Source: Candidatus Saccharimonadota bacterium
GTDB lineage: Bacteria; Pseudomonadota; Gammaproteobacteria; Enterobacterales; Enterobacteriaceae
Assembly (NCBI RefSeq): GCF_023585745.1
Contig: NZ_CP097762.1
Location: 450,001 to 482,000, forward strand
Length of the DNA: 32,000 nt
Direction of reading: 5' to 3'
The notes below the pieces were generated by a model. It was not told where the DNA came from and searched no databases. It was given only the letters and a program-made list of their open reading frames with translations. The translations under genes were made by a program, and so were the position numbers. Positions 21,925 through 32,000 of this stretch are shown piece by piece. Numbering within the stretch: position 1 is the stretch's first letter; each line of letters starts with the position of its first letter.

Positions 21925-22611
21925 TTATTTTTTATGAACTTTATAACTACTATCTTTAATAACTATTTTATCATGTAAACAAAATCTAAATGTAACAACT
22001 AAATTTTTTTCTGGTCTATTACTTTCATACCGCCAAGTACGCATTGCTGCATTCACACACTTCTCAAATACCCCAACAGGACTTGCCAATAAAATACGTA
22101 TATTTTTAACTGTTCCATTGACATTGATATCATACTGTACAATTATTCTCCCTTCAATACCTAATACCTTAGCTTTTCTAGGATATTCCGGATTAACTCT
22201 ATGAATAAAGTGCACTCTCAAACCTCTAGAAGAGACTAATTGATCTTTCTTAGGTAACACAACAGCATCAGTTTTAGGGCAAGAAATATCAGCGCTATAT
22301 TTTAATGATGAAACATCATGTGTTTTAGATGACAGTTTATTAGCAATATTACGATTAATCACCGTGTTTTCTATACAGTTTTTAACTTTAATATCATATT
22401 TATCCTGAAGATTTTTTTTTATATGAGGGGATTGTGGATGCTCCAATATTTTTTGAGAACATTGATGCATATTTAATATGGATACTGAAATTGTCTCATG
22501 TTTCTGTATATGAATGGTCTGATTGAAAAAATAAGAAAAATAATAAAATAACGCAATTATAACTAATGTGTGTATTATACATGATAAAAAATAACAAAAA
22601 AACATCAACAT
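21925..22611 (-). CDS. tonB: TonB energy-transducer protein (divergent, without the proline-rich spacer)
   Basis: The C-terminal domain RVNPEYPRKAKVLGIEGRIIVQYDINVNGTVKNIRILLASPVGVFEKCVNAAMRTWRYE aligns with E. coli TonB [57 protein letters not shown]. The N-terminal TM segment LSCIIHTLVIIALFYY matches LSVCIHGAVVAGLLY, with the Ser and His retained. The position between trpA and cls matches E. coli order. Confidence 0.85.
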   Translation of the reverse strand: MLMFFCYFLSCIIHTLVIIALFYYFSYFFNQTIHIQKHETISVSILNMHQCSQKILEHPQSPHIKKNLQDKYDIKVKNCIENTVINRNIANKLSSKTHDVSSLKYSADISCPKTDAVVLPKKDQLVSSRGLRVHFIHRVNPEYPRKAKVLGIEGRIIVQYDINVNGTVKNIRILLASPVGVFEKCVNAAMRTWRYESNRPEKNLVVTFRFCLHDKIVIKDSSYKVHKK

Positions 22612-23242
22612 AAATATTGTATTTTTACATAATCTAATTAATCTTTAAAAACCATTTTTTCAATATAATAAGAAATTCTATTTTGCATAAAATTCTATGT
22701 ATACACAACATACTTGTTTACAACAAGTATTTTTATAAACACATAATTTTATTTAAAATACCAAATTACATATTTAAATCACTAATTTTATACGCTCTTA
22801 TATTATATATAAATTATATAAATTTTTTTATAAAAGACCAATCTTCTTATATTAAATATAATAATTTATGTATTCATATTAACGATATCTTTTAAAAATA
22901 TTAAAATCATTATAATTACATAATTATAAAATATTTACACAAAAATAATCATATTTTTTTAATTTTTTAAAATTTTGTAAAATTTGAAAAAAATATATTA
23001 TATTAAAATATAGTATAAATACTTTAAAAAAATTATTTTATATTTTATTATCTTATCAGTAAACACTTATCAAGTCATAATAAACATAAAATCTTACAAC
23101 ACAAGGTTTGTTTAAAATATTATTAAATATATTTAATACATAAACTTTCTATATACTGAATATTATGTAAATAATTACATGCAATAAATATAATAACTTA
23201 CCATTCTTATTAAGAAGATCATAAATAAGGTTTATCATAAAT

Positions 23243-24706
23243 ATGATTGCAGCTCATACTATATTGAATTATATTTTTTTCTGCAGTTATTGGTTAATTA
23301 TCTTGTTAGTTACATACAAAATTCTTATAAAACGCAGAGCCATTCCATCATCTATGGCATGGTTATTAATAATTTATGTAATACCATTAATAGGTGCTAT
23401 CACATATTTATTATTTGGAGAATATAATCTTGGCAAACACAGATCGAATCGAATTAAAATAGCATGGAATTCTACTATGGATCGTATTAAAAAACTTAAA
23501 ACTTACAAACACATATTTCCCACAAAACACAGTAGAATAGCTGCTTCATTATTTAAATTATGTGAACATCGTCAAGGTATCGGAGCGCTCAAAGGCAACA
23601 AAATACAATTATTTAAACAAACTCAAGATACTATCTTATCAATAATAAAAGATATTGAGTTGGCAAAAAATAGCATTGATATGGTCTTTTACATTTGGGA
23701 ATCAGGAGGGTTGGTTGATCAAGTTATCACAAAACTGATCACAGCAGCCAAAAAAGGAATTCGATGCAGAATCTTGTTAGACTCTGCTGGATGCGCCAAT
23801 TTTTTTAACAGTTCATATCCTGATATTATGAGACAATCTGGTATTAATATCGTAGAAGCATTACACGTTAATTTACTAAGAATTTTTCTACGTCGTATGG
23901 ATTTACGACAACATAGAAAAATGATATTAATTGATGACCATATTGCATATACCGGCAGTATGAATATGGTAGATCCACAAATCTTTAAACAAAACATTGG
24001 AATAGGACAATGGATAGATATTATGGTTCGTATAGATGGCCCAGTGACCTCAGCAATGAGTATAATATTTTCTTCCGACTGGGCTGTTGAAACTGGACAG
24101 TATTCTTTATTTCCACTACTTCTAAATCCATGCACAAACACACATAAAGTAATTACAGGACACACTATACAAATTATTCCCTCCGGTCCTGGATACCCAG
24201 AAGGAATAATGCACCAAATATTACTAATGTCATTATATGAAGCACGAAAAAAGCTTATTATTACTACTCCATATCTAATACCTAGCGATGACTTACTATA
24301 TGCTATTTGCACAGCAGCACAACGAGGCGTCGAGGTACATATTATTATACCAAAATACAACGATTCAATATTAGTAAAATGGGCTAGCAGAGCTTTTTTC
24401 AGCGAACTACTAAATGCTGGAGTATTAATACATCAATTTCAAAATGGATTATTACATGTAAAAAGTGTGCTAATCGACCAACAAATTAGCTTAATAGGTA
24501 GTGTGAATTTAGATATACGTAGCTTGTGGTTAAACTTAGAGATTACTCTAATAATAGATAGTAAAGATTTCAGTAACAAATTAGAAAAAATACAAAACAA
24601 TTATATTAATCTTTCTCAAAAACTCGACCCAAAAAAATGGGCTAACAGACCCTGCTGGGAACGAATTGTTGAACGCTTATTCTATTTCTTAAGTCCACTA
24701 TTATAA
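23243..24706 (+). CDS. clsA: Cardiolipin synthase A
   Basis: The 487-aa ORF is colinear with E. coli ClsA from the N-terminal TM region to the C-terminal ERLFYF.SPLL. Both HKD motifs are present ([12 protein letters not shown] and [11 protein letters not shown]). AAGG lies upstream of the ATG. Confidence 0.97.
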   Translation: MIAAHTILNYIFFCSYWLIILLVTYKILIKRRAIPSSMAWLLIIYVIPLIGAITYLLFGEYNLGKHRSNRIKIAWNSTMDRIKKLKTYKHIFPTKHSRIAASLFKLCEHRQGIGALKGNKIQLFKQTQDTILSIIKDIELAKNSIDMVFYIWESGGLVDQVITKLITAAKKGIRCRILLDSAGCANFFNSSYPDIMRQSGINIVEALHVNLLRIFLRRMDLRQHRKMILIDDHIAYTGSMNMVDPQIFKQNIGIGQWIDIMVRIDGPVTSAMSIIFSSDWAVETGQYSLFPLLLNPCTNTHKVITGHTIQIIPSGPGYPEGIMHQILLMSLYEARKKLIITTPYLIPSDDLLYAICTAAQRGVEVHIIIPKYNDSILVKWASRAFFSELLNAGVLIHQFQNGLLHVKSVLIDQQISLIGSVNLDIRSLWLNLEITLIIDSKDFSNKLEKIQNNYINLSQKLDPKKWANRPCWERIVERLFYFLSPLL

Positions 24707-24989
24707 TAAATCTATATTTTTACACTCGTAAAACAAATAAATACTGCACTGCTCAATAAAATAACCATTAGCATAATATTCATTATCAAACATAAATCTG
24801 CTTTAAAATTTTCAATATTTTATAAGCCTATAAAATATATTTTCTATCAAAATAATATTTTGAAAAACTAAATTATAAAATTATGTATCTAACATTTTAG
24901 ATGAGTATAATATTCTTAATTATATTGAAACTTATAAACGAATAAAATTCGTAACAAATGTTATCTCAAAAAAAATTGGATACTGTAGA

Positions 24990-25583
24990 TTATGATGGTA
25001 ATTTGATTTTATCTATAAAATGCTTACGACACACAGAAACATAACGATCATTTCCTCCCAGCAAAATTTGATCGCCATCGCTTGTCACTGCACCTTTTTT
25101 ATCTAATCTTAATACTCTATTAGCTTTTCTTCCGCAGTAACAAATAGTCTTTAATTCAATTAATTTGTCCGCCCAAGCTAATAACCAAGCACTTCCTGCA
25201 AATAAATCTCCTCTAAAATCAGTACGTAAACCATAGCATAATACTGGAATATTCAAAATATCTACTATTTTACTTAAATCTACAACCTGATCACGATTCA
25301 AAAAATGACACTCATCTATTAAAACGCAGTGCACAATACTATTGTGATTTATCTCTGTTATTTGATAAAAAAAATTAGTTGTCTTATTGAAAATTCTCGC
25401 AGATGAAGTTAATCCAATACGAGATCTAATGATTTTATTTATAAAATGCGATTTTAAAGACTCTATTTCAAAAGTATATAATACTGTATGCATACCTCTC
25501 TCTTTATAATTATAAGAAGATTGTAATAAAGAGGTAGTTTTTCCTGCATTCATTGCAGAATAATAAAAATATAATTGCGCCAT
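24990..25583 (-). CDS. tdk: Thymidine kinase
   Basis: The 197-aa ORF begins [16 protein letters not shown], essentially identical to the E. coli Tdk N-terminus and P-loop. Further matches are [49 protein letters not shown] and RYVSVCRKH. It is divergent from hns, as in E. coli. Confidence 0.97.
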   Translation of the reverse strand: MAQLYFYYSAMNAGKTTSLLQSSYNYKERGMHTVLYTFEIESLKSHFINKIIRSRIGLTSSARIFNKTTNFFYQITEINHNSIVHCVLIDECHFLNRDQVVDLSKIVDILNIPVLCYGLRTDFRGDLFAGSAWLLAWADKLIELKTICYCGRKANRVLRLDKKGAVTSDGDQILLGGNDRYVSVCRKHFIDKIKLPS

Positions 25584-26071
25584 ATAATGTATATCCTTTT
25601 CTTACAAAAATAAAACATCTATTTAATTAATAATAAAACTTTCAAAAACAAAAAATCTTTTATAAACTATATGCTCATTAAACTAAATAATTTTAACAAA
25701 TTATTTATAAAAAAATAAATGTTATTTATTATATAGAACTATTGAAAACAATATGTATATTCTAATATTATTCATATAATGAAAATTATAATATGACAAC
25801 AAGACTAATACTTAAATCTAATTTTTGCGATTATTTAATAAAATTAAATAATATATATTATAAATAATTAATGAAAATTAAATAATAAGGTTACTTAAAA
25901 TATAAAATAAAATTAATAATGATTTTTAATCATATAAAATAAAAACTTAAATTATAATAATTTATTGCATAATTAATCTTATTAAAATGTTAATATATAA
26001 ATATTATAGTAGTTAACATTTTCTATCCCAATCAATAAAATTTATCAATTAAAATATTTGAGATTCAATCT

Positions 26072-26482
26072 ATGAAAGAGGCATTTAAAATTCTTAATAA
26101 TATCCGTACTCTACGCGCAAAAACTAGAGCATTAACTCTTGAGACACTAGAAGAAATGCTAAAAAAATTAAAAATTATTGTTAATGAACGTCGCGAAGCT
26201 AATAATCAAGCTCAAGCTAAAATAGAAAAACACACTAGAAAATTACAACAATACCGAGATATGCTAATGGCTGATGGCATAAATCCTAATGAATTATTAC
26301 AAAATACAAATAAAATAAAAAAACTATTACATAAAAATAAACGCACATCACGACCAGCAAAATATAAGTATATTAACAAATTCGGTGAAATAAAAACATG
26401 GACAGGTCAAGGACGAACACCTGCAATAATTAAAAATGCTATAAACACACAAAAAAAAACACTAAAAGACTTTTTATTGTAA
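26072..26482 (+). CDS. hns: Nucleoid-associated DNA-binding protein H-NS
   Basis: The 136-aa ORF: [40 protein letters not shown]...[20 protein letters not shown]...RPAKYKY....[16 protein letters not shown] aligns with E. coli H-NS over its whole length. The DNA-binding loop TWTGQGRTP is intact. Confidence 0.95.
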   Translation: MKEAFKILNNIRTLRAKTRALTLETLEEMLKKLKIIVNERREANNQAQAKIEKHTRKLQQYRDMLMADGINPNELLQNTNKIKKLLHKNKRTSRPAKYKYINKFGEIKTWTGQGRTPAIIKNAINTQKKTLKDFLL

Positions 26483-26494
26483 ATAAAAATTTTC

Positions 26495-26535
26495 TATAGT
26501 TACATGTTATCGTGAAATAATAACATGTAACTATA
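26495..26535 (+). terminator. Strong stem-loop 13 nt downstream of the hns stop codon; candidate intrinsic terminator, though it lacks a U-tract
   Basis: TATAGTTACATGTTAT-CGTGAAATA-ATAACATGTAACTATA forms a 16-bp perfect stem with a 9-nt loop. I checked every pair from 26495:26535 to 26510:26520. It is followed by TCGTGCGCC rather than a T run, so its function as a terminator is inferred from position only. Confidence 0.4.
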
Positions 26536-27612
26536 TCGTGCGCCTAACATTAAATTTAAAATACATAAATGCAAAAAACTATTATAAATATCTTAAGGAC
26601 TATATTTTACATTCATAAAATCTAATATTTCTTTATGAGAACAAAACAACAATACCCTAAAAAACTTATGTTTATAAGTCTCTATTAATTTGAACAAATA
26701 CTAAAATATTATATTTTATAATATAATTTGAGTTAATTTAAATACATTCAATCATCAATATGTAAATATAAACATTCCTAATAATATTATTATATCAATA
26801 TAATTTTATGATCCCAAAAAATCTTGTACTTTAAAAAACTAAATAAAAATAAATTCAATCATTGTGTTTGAAACAGTAACAACTTATAAAAGTTTCACTC
26901 AATATTAATAATAAAATCAATAAACAAGACAACACTGTATTTAAAAATGAAATTATAAAAATGTTCTATTTTTATAACACTTAATATAAAAATACTATTT
27001 TTAGTGCATATATCTTAATATAAAATATCCCTGTAAATCATATTCATATTATGATCATCACCAATACTTCTATTAAAGTTATTAAATAACATTTCATGCT
27101 ACATAAAATTATTAATTTATATAAACAAAACCAGATATTAGTATATTTGAATAAAATTATTAATTTAAAAATCATTGCTACATTGAAATTAAATTAATAA
27201 TTATGATACTAGTTAACTTTTAAAAACAAATAAAATATCTTATTTAATAAGAATTAATATTTTTTATAATAAAAATAACACATCAAAAATCCAATCTAAA
27301 TTTATAAAAATTTACTATTATCAATAAACTTGTAGCGTTATAATAAATTTATTTATAAATATAATATTCTAAAGAATTGAAAAATTATATTTACTATACA
27401 AAATAACTAATTTCATGTAAATTTAACCAATACATAATACGCTCGGAGAAACTAAATATTTTACATACACAAAAACAATAAAAAATTTAAATTTACTATA
27501 TCATTAATAATATAAAATATTACAAATATACTGTATAATATAATGTAGGATTTACACACTACAAAATAATATTGTATCTTACAACATAAAAAATTTAAAA
27601 ATTCTTATAAAG

Positions 27613-28422
27613 ATGAGATTTGTTTCTTTTAATATAAATGGAATACGCGCCCACATACATCAATTAAATTCAATTATCAACAAATTAAAACCTGATGTAA
27701 TTGGATTGCAAGAAACTAAAGTACATGATGATTCTTTTCCTATAAAGGAAATATCACAATATGGATATTATGTATATTTTTATGGTCAAAAAAAATATCA
27801 TGGAGTTGCACTTTTTTTAAAAAAAAAACCAATTTCTGTCTTATATGGATTTAATGATGATAACCAATTGTCTCAAAAAAGAATAATTACAGCTAATATA
27901 GCAACACCCATTGGAAATTTAACTATTATAAATGCTTACTTTCCTCAAGGTGAAAATAGAAATCATGAAGAAAAATTTGGTTATAAAAAATATTTTTACG
28001 AAAAATTACAAACACATATAGAACTCAGTTATAATAATAATGCATTATTATTAATAATGGGAGATATGAATATTAGCCCAACAGATTATGATATAGGTAT
28101 TAATGATAAAAACAAACAAAATTGGATACAAACAGGACGTTGTTCTTTCTTACCTGAAGAAAGAAAATGGATAAACAATTTAATTAATTGGGGATTAATT
28201 GATATATATAGAAAATTACACCCACAAAACAAAAAACGCTATTCTTGGTTTAGCTATCAATCAAATAGCTTCAAAAATAATATAGGACTACGTATAGATT
28301 TAATATTAGTTACACATCCTTTAGCAAATCTATGTGAAAGCATTGGTATTTGTTATAATATTCGAAATATGCATAAACCTTCTGATCATGCGCCAATATA
28401 CGCAGATTTTTATTTATCATAA
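27613..28422 (+). CDS. xthA: Exodeoxyribonuclease III
   Basis: The 269-aa ORF is a full-length match to E. coli XthA (M.FVSFNINGIRA..HQL..I....PDVIGLQETKVHDD.FP, GVAL, IN.YFPQGE.R.H, IMGDMNISPTD.DIGI, C.SFLPEER.W...L..WGL.D, R.SWF.Y.S..F..N.GLRIDL.L, KPSDHAP). Confidence 0.96.
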   Translation: MRFVSFNINGIRAHIHQLNSIINKLKPDVIGLQETKVHDDSFPIKEISQYGYYVYFYGQKKYHGVALFLKKKPISVLYGFNDDNQLSQKRIITANIATPIGNLTIINAYFPQGENRNHEEKFGYKKYFYEKLQTHIELSYNNNALLLIMGDMNISPTDYDIGINDKNKQNWIQTGRCSFLPEERKWINNLINWGLIDIYRKLHPQNKKRYSWFSYQSNSFKNNIGLRIDLILVTHPLANLCESIGICYNIRNMHKPSDHAPIYADFYLS

Positions 28423-28586
28423 GTAATTTTAATTATTAAAAAAATAAGTAATAAAACTATTATCTTAAAATATAAATATTATTTCCATCTTACCTAGTAA
28501 GATCATTAAATTAAGTAATTAATATAATTCGCGTTTAACTTAACATTTAAATGCATAAAATATAACAAACAGAACATGTATGTAGG

Positions 28587-30479
28587 ATGCAAAGAATGTC
28601 TTTCATAAAGAAAACGTATATATGGAATATATATAGAATTTTATATAAAGTGCTAAAATATAGCATAAAATTTTTACATTTCGTTCGCATTACAATAACA
28701 AACATACTGTTCATGCTACTTATAATATTAATTATTATTATATACTTAAATGTACGTAATCCTGTAAAATCACTACCAAAAAACACTGCATTAGTTTTAG
28801 ATATTAATGGCACAATAGTAGATAAACCTGCAACATATAATACATTTAAAAAAATTAGCCAAAATTTACTAAATACAACCACACCCAATACTCAAGAAAA
28901 CTCTCTTTTTGATGTTATAAATATAATACGTCAAGCTAAAAACGATTCTAATATAACTGGATTAATATTGTCACTAAAAAATTTCTCGGGTTGTAACCAG
29001 ACATCATTAGAATATATAGGAAAAGTTTTACGAGAATTTCAAAGTTCCGGAAAAGTAATTTATGCTATTTCTGATTACTATAGTCAATCACAATATTTTC
29101 TAGCAAGTTATGCAAATAAAATATTTCTTACTCCACAAGGAACAGTAGATTTAAGAGGTATGTACACTAATCGATTTTATTACAAATCTTTACTAGATAA
29201 TTTAAAAATTAATACACATATTTTCAGAGTGGGAGAATACAAATCGGCTGTCGAACCTTTTATGCAAAATCAAATGTCGCTTCATGTACGTAATGAAGAA
29301 AAAAAATTAATAAATTATCTATGGAATCAATACTTAAATATTGTTGCTATCAATAGAAAAACAACAATACAAAAAATTTTTCCGGGTATCACCACTATAA
29401 TAAATGGATTATCTCAAGCCCATGGAAATACAGCGGTTTACGCACTAAAAAATAACTGGATTGATGAAATTGCGCCTTATTCCGAAATAGAAAACAAAAT
29501 GAAAAAAATATTTGGGTACGACATAACCAATTCATCACTCCATGCAATTAGCATGTATGATTATCATATAAAAACTCCCAAAAAACACAATAATCAAATA
29601 GCCATTATTTGTGTAAATGGACCGATTATCGATGGCACTGATAATGCAGGCATAATTGGTGGAGATACTATCGTACAAAACATTCGTAATGCTCGACTCA
29701 ATCCTAAAGTTAAAGCAATAGTACTCAGAGTAAATAGCCCAGGAGGCAGTGTTAATGCTTCAGAATTAATTAGACTTGAACTAATATCTACTAAAAACTC
29801 TGGAAAACCAATAGTTGTATGCATGGGAAGCATAGCAGCTTCAGGAGGGTACTGGATTTCAACTCCAGCTAATGTTATTATTGCTAATAATAATACTCTC
29901 ACCGGTTCAATAGGAATATTTGGTATTATTAATACATTCGAAAAATCTCTTGATTCTATAGGAATACATAGTGATGGCGTAGATACATCGCCTATAGCCA
30001 ACATTTCCTCGACTAAATCGTTACCCCCGGAATATGTTAACATGATGCAAATTTACGTAAACACTAACTATCATTATTTTGTTAACACTGTAGCTACCGC
30101 ACGTTGCAAAACTATAAATGATGTTAAAAAAATCGCTCAAGGCCATATATGGCTGGGACATGATGCAATACGTTATGGTTTAATAGACTGTATCGGAGAC
30201 CTAGATGATGCAATTAACACAGCTGCTAATTTAGCTAATTTAAAGGAGTACCAAATTAACTGGTATAAAGATCAAGCAAACTGGATCGATTCTTTAATGA
30301 AAGCAACTAATAAAATTTTATTAAATATAATAACTGACCTATTCAACCAACATAATCTATTTACTAATTTCAATAAAAATATACAAATAAACTATTCTGA
30401 CATAATCTCACCATTCAAATGGAATGATCCTAAAAATTGCTATGCCCTTTATTCAAATTATGACCCATTTATAAAATAA
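28587..30479 (+). CDS. sppA: Signal peptide peptidase SppA (protease IV), 67K type
   Basis: The 630-aa ORF is colinear with E. coli SppA (QENSLFD..N.IRQAK.D.NITG..L.LKNF.G, IFRVGEYKSAVEPF, KVKAIVLRVNSPGGSV.ASE.IR.EL, GKP.VV.MG..AASGGYWISTPAN.I.AN..TLTGSIGIFG, IAQGH.W.G.DA). The catalytic Ser (AASGGYW) and Lys (YKSAVEPF) contexts are present. An alternative start at ATG 28596 (fourth codon) has better SD spacing: AGGA at 28584-28587. Confidence 0.94.
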   Translation: MQRMSFIKKTYIWNIYRILYKVLKYSIKFLHFVRITITNILFMLLIILIIIIYLNVRNPVKSLPKNTALVLDINGTIVDKPATYNTFKKISQNLLNTTTPNTQENSLFDVINIIRQAKNDSNITGLILSLKNFSGCNQTSLEYIGKVLREFQSSGKVIYAISDYYSQSQYFLASYANKIFLTPQGTVDLRGMYTNRFYYKSLLDNLKINTHIFRVGEYKSAVEPFMQNQMSLHVRNEEKKLINYLWNQYLNIVAINRKTTIQKIFPGITTIINGLSQAHGNTAVYALKNNWIDEIAPYSEIENKMKKIFGYDITNSSLHAISMYDYHIKTPKKHNNQIAIICVNGPIIDGTDNAGIIGGDTIVQNIRNARLNPKVKAIVLRVNSPGGSVNASELIRLELISTKNSGKPIVVCMGSIAASGGYWISTPANVIIANNNTLTGSIGIFGIINTFEKSLDSIGIHSDGVDTSPIANISSTKSLPPEYVNMMQIYVNTNYHYFVNTVATARCKTINDVKKIAQGHIWLGHDAIRYGLIDCIGDLDDAINTAANLANLKEYQINWYKDQANWIDSLMKATNKILLNIITDLFNQHNLFTNFNKNIQINYSDIISPFKWNDPKNCYALYSNYDPFIK

Positions 30480-30828
30480 ATGATTCATAAAAACATTTTT
30501 ATACAAAAACTATACATATCACATCGATATCATACAATGTACTTGTATATAATATTTATATAATCTGAAACAAAATTTTCACACATGATTTTCATTTATT
30601 AAAAAGTATAATACAATACCAAATTGGTAAAATATTTACTATTAAACTCTAATAAAGATACAAATAAACAGTCAAAACACTATTGACATGTTTATATAAC
30701 ACCTATATTAAATAGCATCTTTAAGATCTAATAAACTGGATGACATTTTTATATGGTCTACATAAAAATGTTTTTTAGACAAAAATAATATCATACAATA
30801 TATTTTGATTAAAATAGGAGTAAAATCT

Positions 30829-31827
30829 ATGGTAGTAAAAATAGGTATTAATGGATTTGGTAGAATAGGTCGAGTAATTTTTAGAAACGCACAAGATAGA
30901 AAAGACGTAGAAATTGTAGCTATTAATGATATACTAAGCATTGAACATATAGCATATCTACTAAAATATGACTCCACCCATGGAAAATTTAATGGAACTA
31001 TTTATACAAAAAAAAATTGTTTAATTATAAATAATAAAGTTGTTCATTATACCTCAGAAAAAGACCCAAAAAAATTATTTTGGAAAAAATTTCATGTAGA
31101 TGTTGTTGCTGAATCCACAGGAGCTTTTCTAACTCAAGAAAAATCTTACGGACATATACTATCTGGCGCCCAAAAGGTAATACTAACAGCACCACCAAAA
31201 GATAATACTCCTATGTTTGTTATGGGAGTAAACCATAACTTATATAATGGAGAAAAAATAATATCTAACGCATCATGTACCACTAATTGTTTAGCACCTT
31301 TAGCAAAAACTGTCCATGAAAATTTCGAAATCACTGAAGGCATGATGACTACTGTACATGCAGTCACTGCTACTCAAAAGACTGTAGATGCTCCAACACA
31401 TAAAGATTGGAAAATTGGACGCAGCGCATACCAAAATATAATACCATCTTCTACTGGAGCAACTCAAGCTTTAGGAAAAGTGATTACAGAATTATCTGGA
31501 AAATTAATAGGAATGTCATTCAGAGTACCTGTGGCAAATGTATCTGTTGTAGATTTAACTGTACATTTAAAAAAATCCACATCTTATAAAGATATTTGCG
31601 ACGCAATACAACATGCCGCTCAAAACCAATTAAAGGGTATTATGGGGTATACCAATGAAAAATTAGTATCTAGTGATTTTAATGGAGAAAAATTAATTTC
31701 TATATTTGACGCGCACACTAGTCTAGCATTAAATAACAATTTTTTTAAGTTAATATCTTGGTATGATAACGAGACAGGATATTCTGATAAAATATTAGAT
31801 TTAAGCGTATTTATTTCTAATAAATAA
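30829..31827 (+). CDS. gapA: Glyceraldehyde-3-phosphate dehydrogenase A
   Basis: [29 protein letters not shown]....[12 protein letters not shown] aligns with the E. coli GapA N-terminus ([15 protein letters not shown]). The active site [15 protein letters not shown] is intact and WYDNETGYS is present. The start is set at ATG 30829, with AGGAG at 30816-30820. The ORF-track TTG start at 30805 adds 8 residues. Confidence 0.96.
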   Translation: MVVKIGINGFGRIGRVIFRNAQDRKDVEIVAINDILSIEHIAYLLKYDSTHGKFNGTIYTKKNCLIINNKVVHYTSEKDPKKLFWKKFHVDVVAESTGAFLTQEKSYGHILSGAQKVILTAPPKDNTPMFVMGVNHNLYNGEKIISNASCTTNCLAPLAKTVHENFEITEGMMTTVHAVTATQKTVDAPTHKDWKIGRSAYQNIIPSSTGATQALGKVITELSGKLIGMSFRVPVANVSVVDLTVHLKKSTSYKDICDAIQHAAQNQLKGIMGYTNEKLVSSDFNGEKLISIFDAHTSLALNNNFFKLISWYDNETGYSDKILDLSVFISNK

Positions 31828-32000
31828 ACTTATATTTAATATAAATACAAATAATAATACCGTTAATTTTATATTTTTATAACTTTTAAAATTAAATAAA
31901 ATAATATATAAAATAAACCAAATTAATTCTTTGCATTTTATATAAAAAATTTAATCTTTGATACTTTAAAAAATTTTTTATAACACATAATAAACATGTG

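Noticed and set aside
22683-22895. A 70-aa ORF in the tonB-cls spacer, where E. coli has yciI/kch.
   Set aside because: It starts at a non-ATG codon (TTG) with no SD. The translation is low-complexity Ile/Tyr/Asn/Lys/Phe typical of translated AT-rich spacer, and it has no similarity to YciI as I recall it.
23719-24360. A 213-aa ORF antisense to clsA, surprisingly long for an AT-rich genome.
   Set aside because: It lies entirely inside clsA, which has full-length homology on the other strand. It sits in the antisense register where stop codons arise only from particular sense dicodons (NNT/NNC-TAN or NNT-CAN), so long shadow ORFs are expected there. The product is Cys/Ile/Ser-rich with no motif I recognise, and there is no SD. 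I treat it as a shadow ORF.
26537-26564. A dif-like half site, CGTGCGCCTAA, next to the hns hairpin. A second partial match, ATAATGTATAT, lies at 25585-25595.
   Set aside because: Compared with E. coli dif (GGTGCGCATAA-TGTATA-TTATGTTAAAT), only the XerC-arm-like half matches at the first site, and the XerD arm matches at about 4 of 11 positions. The second site is an AT-only 11-mer adjoining the tdk start region and lacks both arms. There is no GC-skew switch nearby.
28547-28888. A 113-aa minus-strand ORF overlapping the 5' end of sppA.
   Set aside because: It overlaps the sppA N-terminal region, which aligns with E. coli SppA. The sequence is hydrophobic and low-complexity with no homologue I recognise. 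It is likely a shadow ORF.
29594-30043. A 149-aa ORF antisense to sppA.
   Set aside because: The reasoning is the same. It is embedded in the most conserved part of sppA (the Ser-protease domain) on the opposite strand, and it has no recognisable domain and no start context.

Overview
This very AT-rich window reads as chromosome from a genome-reduced, Enterobacterales-derived endosymbiont (Blochmannia/Wigglesworthia-like in style). The species cannot be determined from the sequence alone. I can support 22 protein genes. All are housekeeping genes that align by eye over their full length with E. coli orthologues: lpxL (3' part), pgsA, hspQ, fabA, asnS, aspC, gloC/ycbL, fabI, ribA, a complete trpE-trpG-trpD-trpC(F)-trpB-trpA operon, tonB, clsA, tdk, hns, xthA, sppA and gapA. 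There are also 4 tRNA genes: Leu-UAA, Cys-GCA, Lys-CUU and Ser-UGA. The genetic code is standard, since conserved Trp residues are TGG and ORF lengths match E. coli. By my coordinates only about 63% of the window is genic. The rest is gene-free spacer, including four spacers longer than 1.1 kb (516-1939, 11241-12543, 13129-14543, 26483-27612) with no ORF of 60 codons or more. Local gene order follows E. coli K-12 blocks joined at breakpoints: pgsA-cysT-leuZ; serT-hspQ-fabA-asnS-aspC-ycbL; fabI-ribA-trp-tonB-cls-tdk-hns; xthA-sppA-gapA. I found no rRNA, CRISPR, IS/transposase, integrase, phage, toxin-antitoxin or defence genes, and I see no convincing novel multi-gene system. The observations most worth a second look are smaller in scale. 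They are a tRNA-Lys whose anticodon has become CUU in an AAA-dominated genome, a sigma32-like GC island just upstream of hspQ, and a few strong isolated stem-loops in otherwise featureless spacers. Others are a TonB lacking the proline-rich spacer, an unfused trpG/trpD junction, a trp operon without a leader/attenuator, many A8-A10 tracts inside intact genes, and marked compositional differences between spacers.
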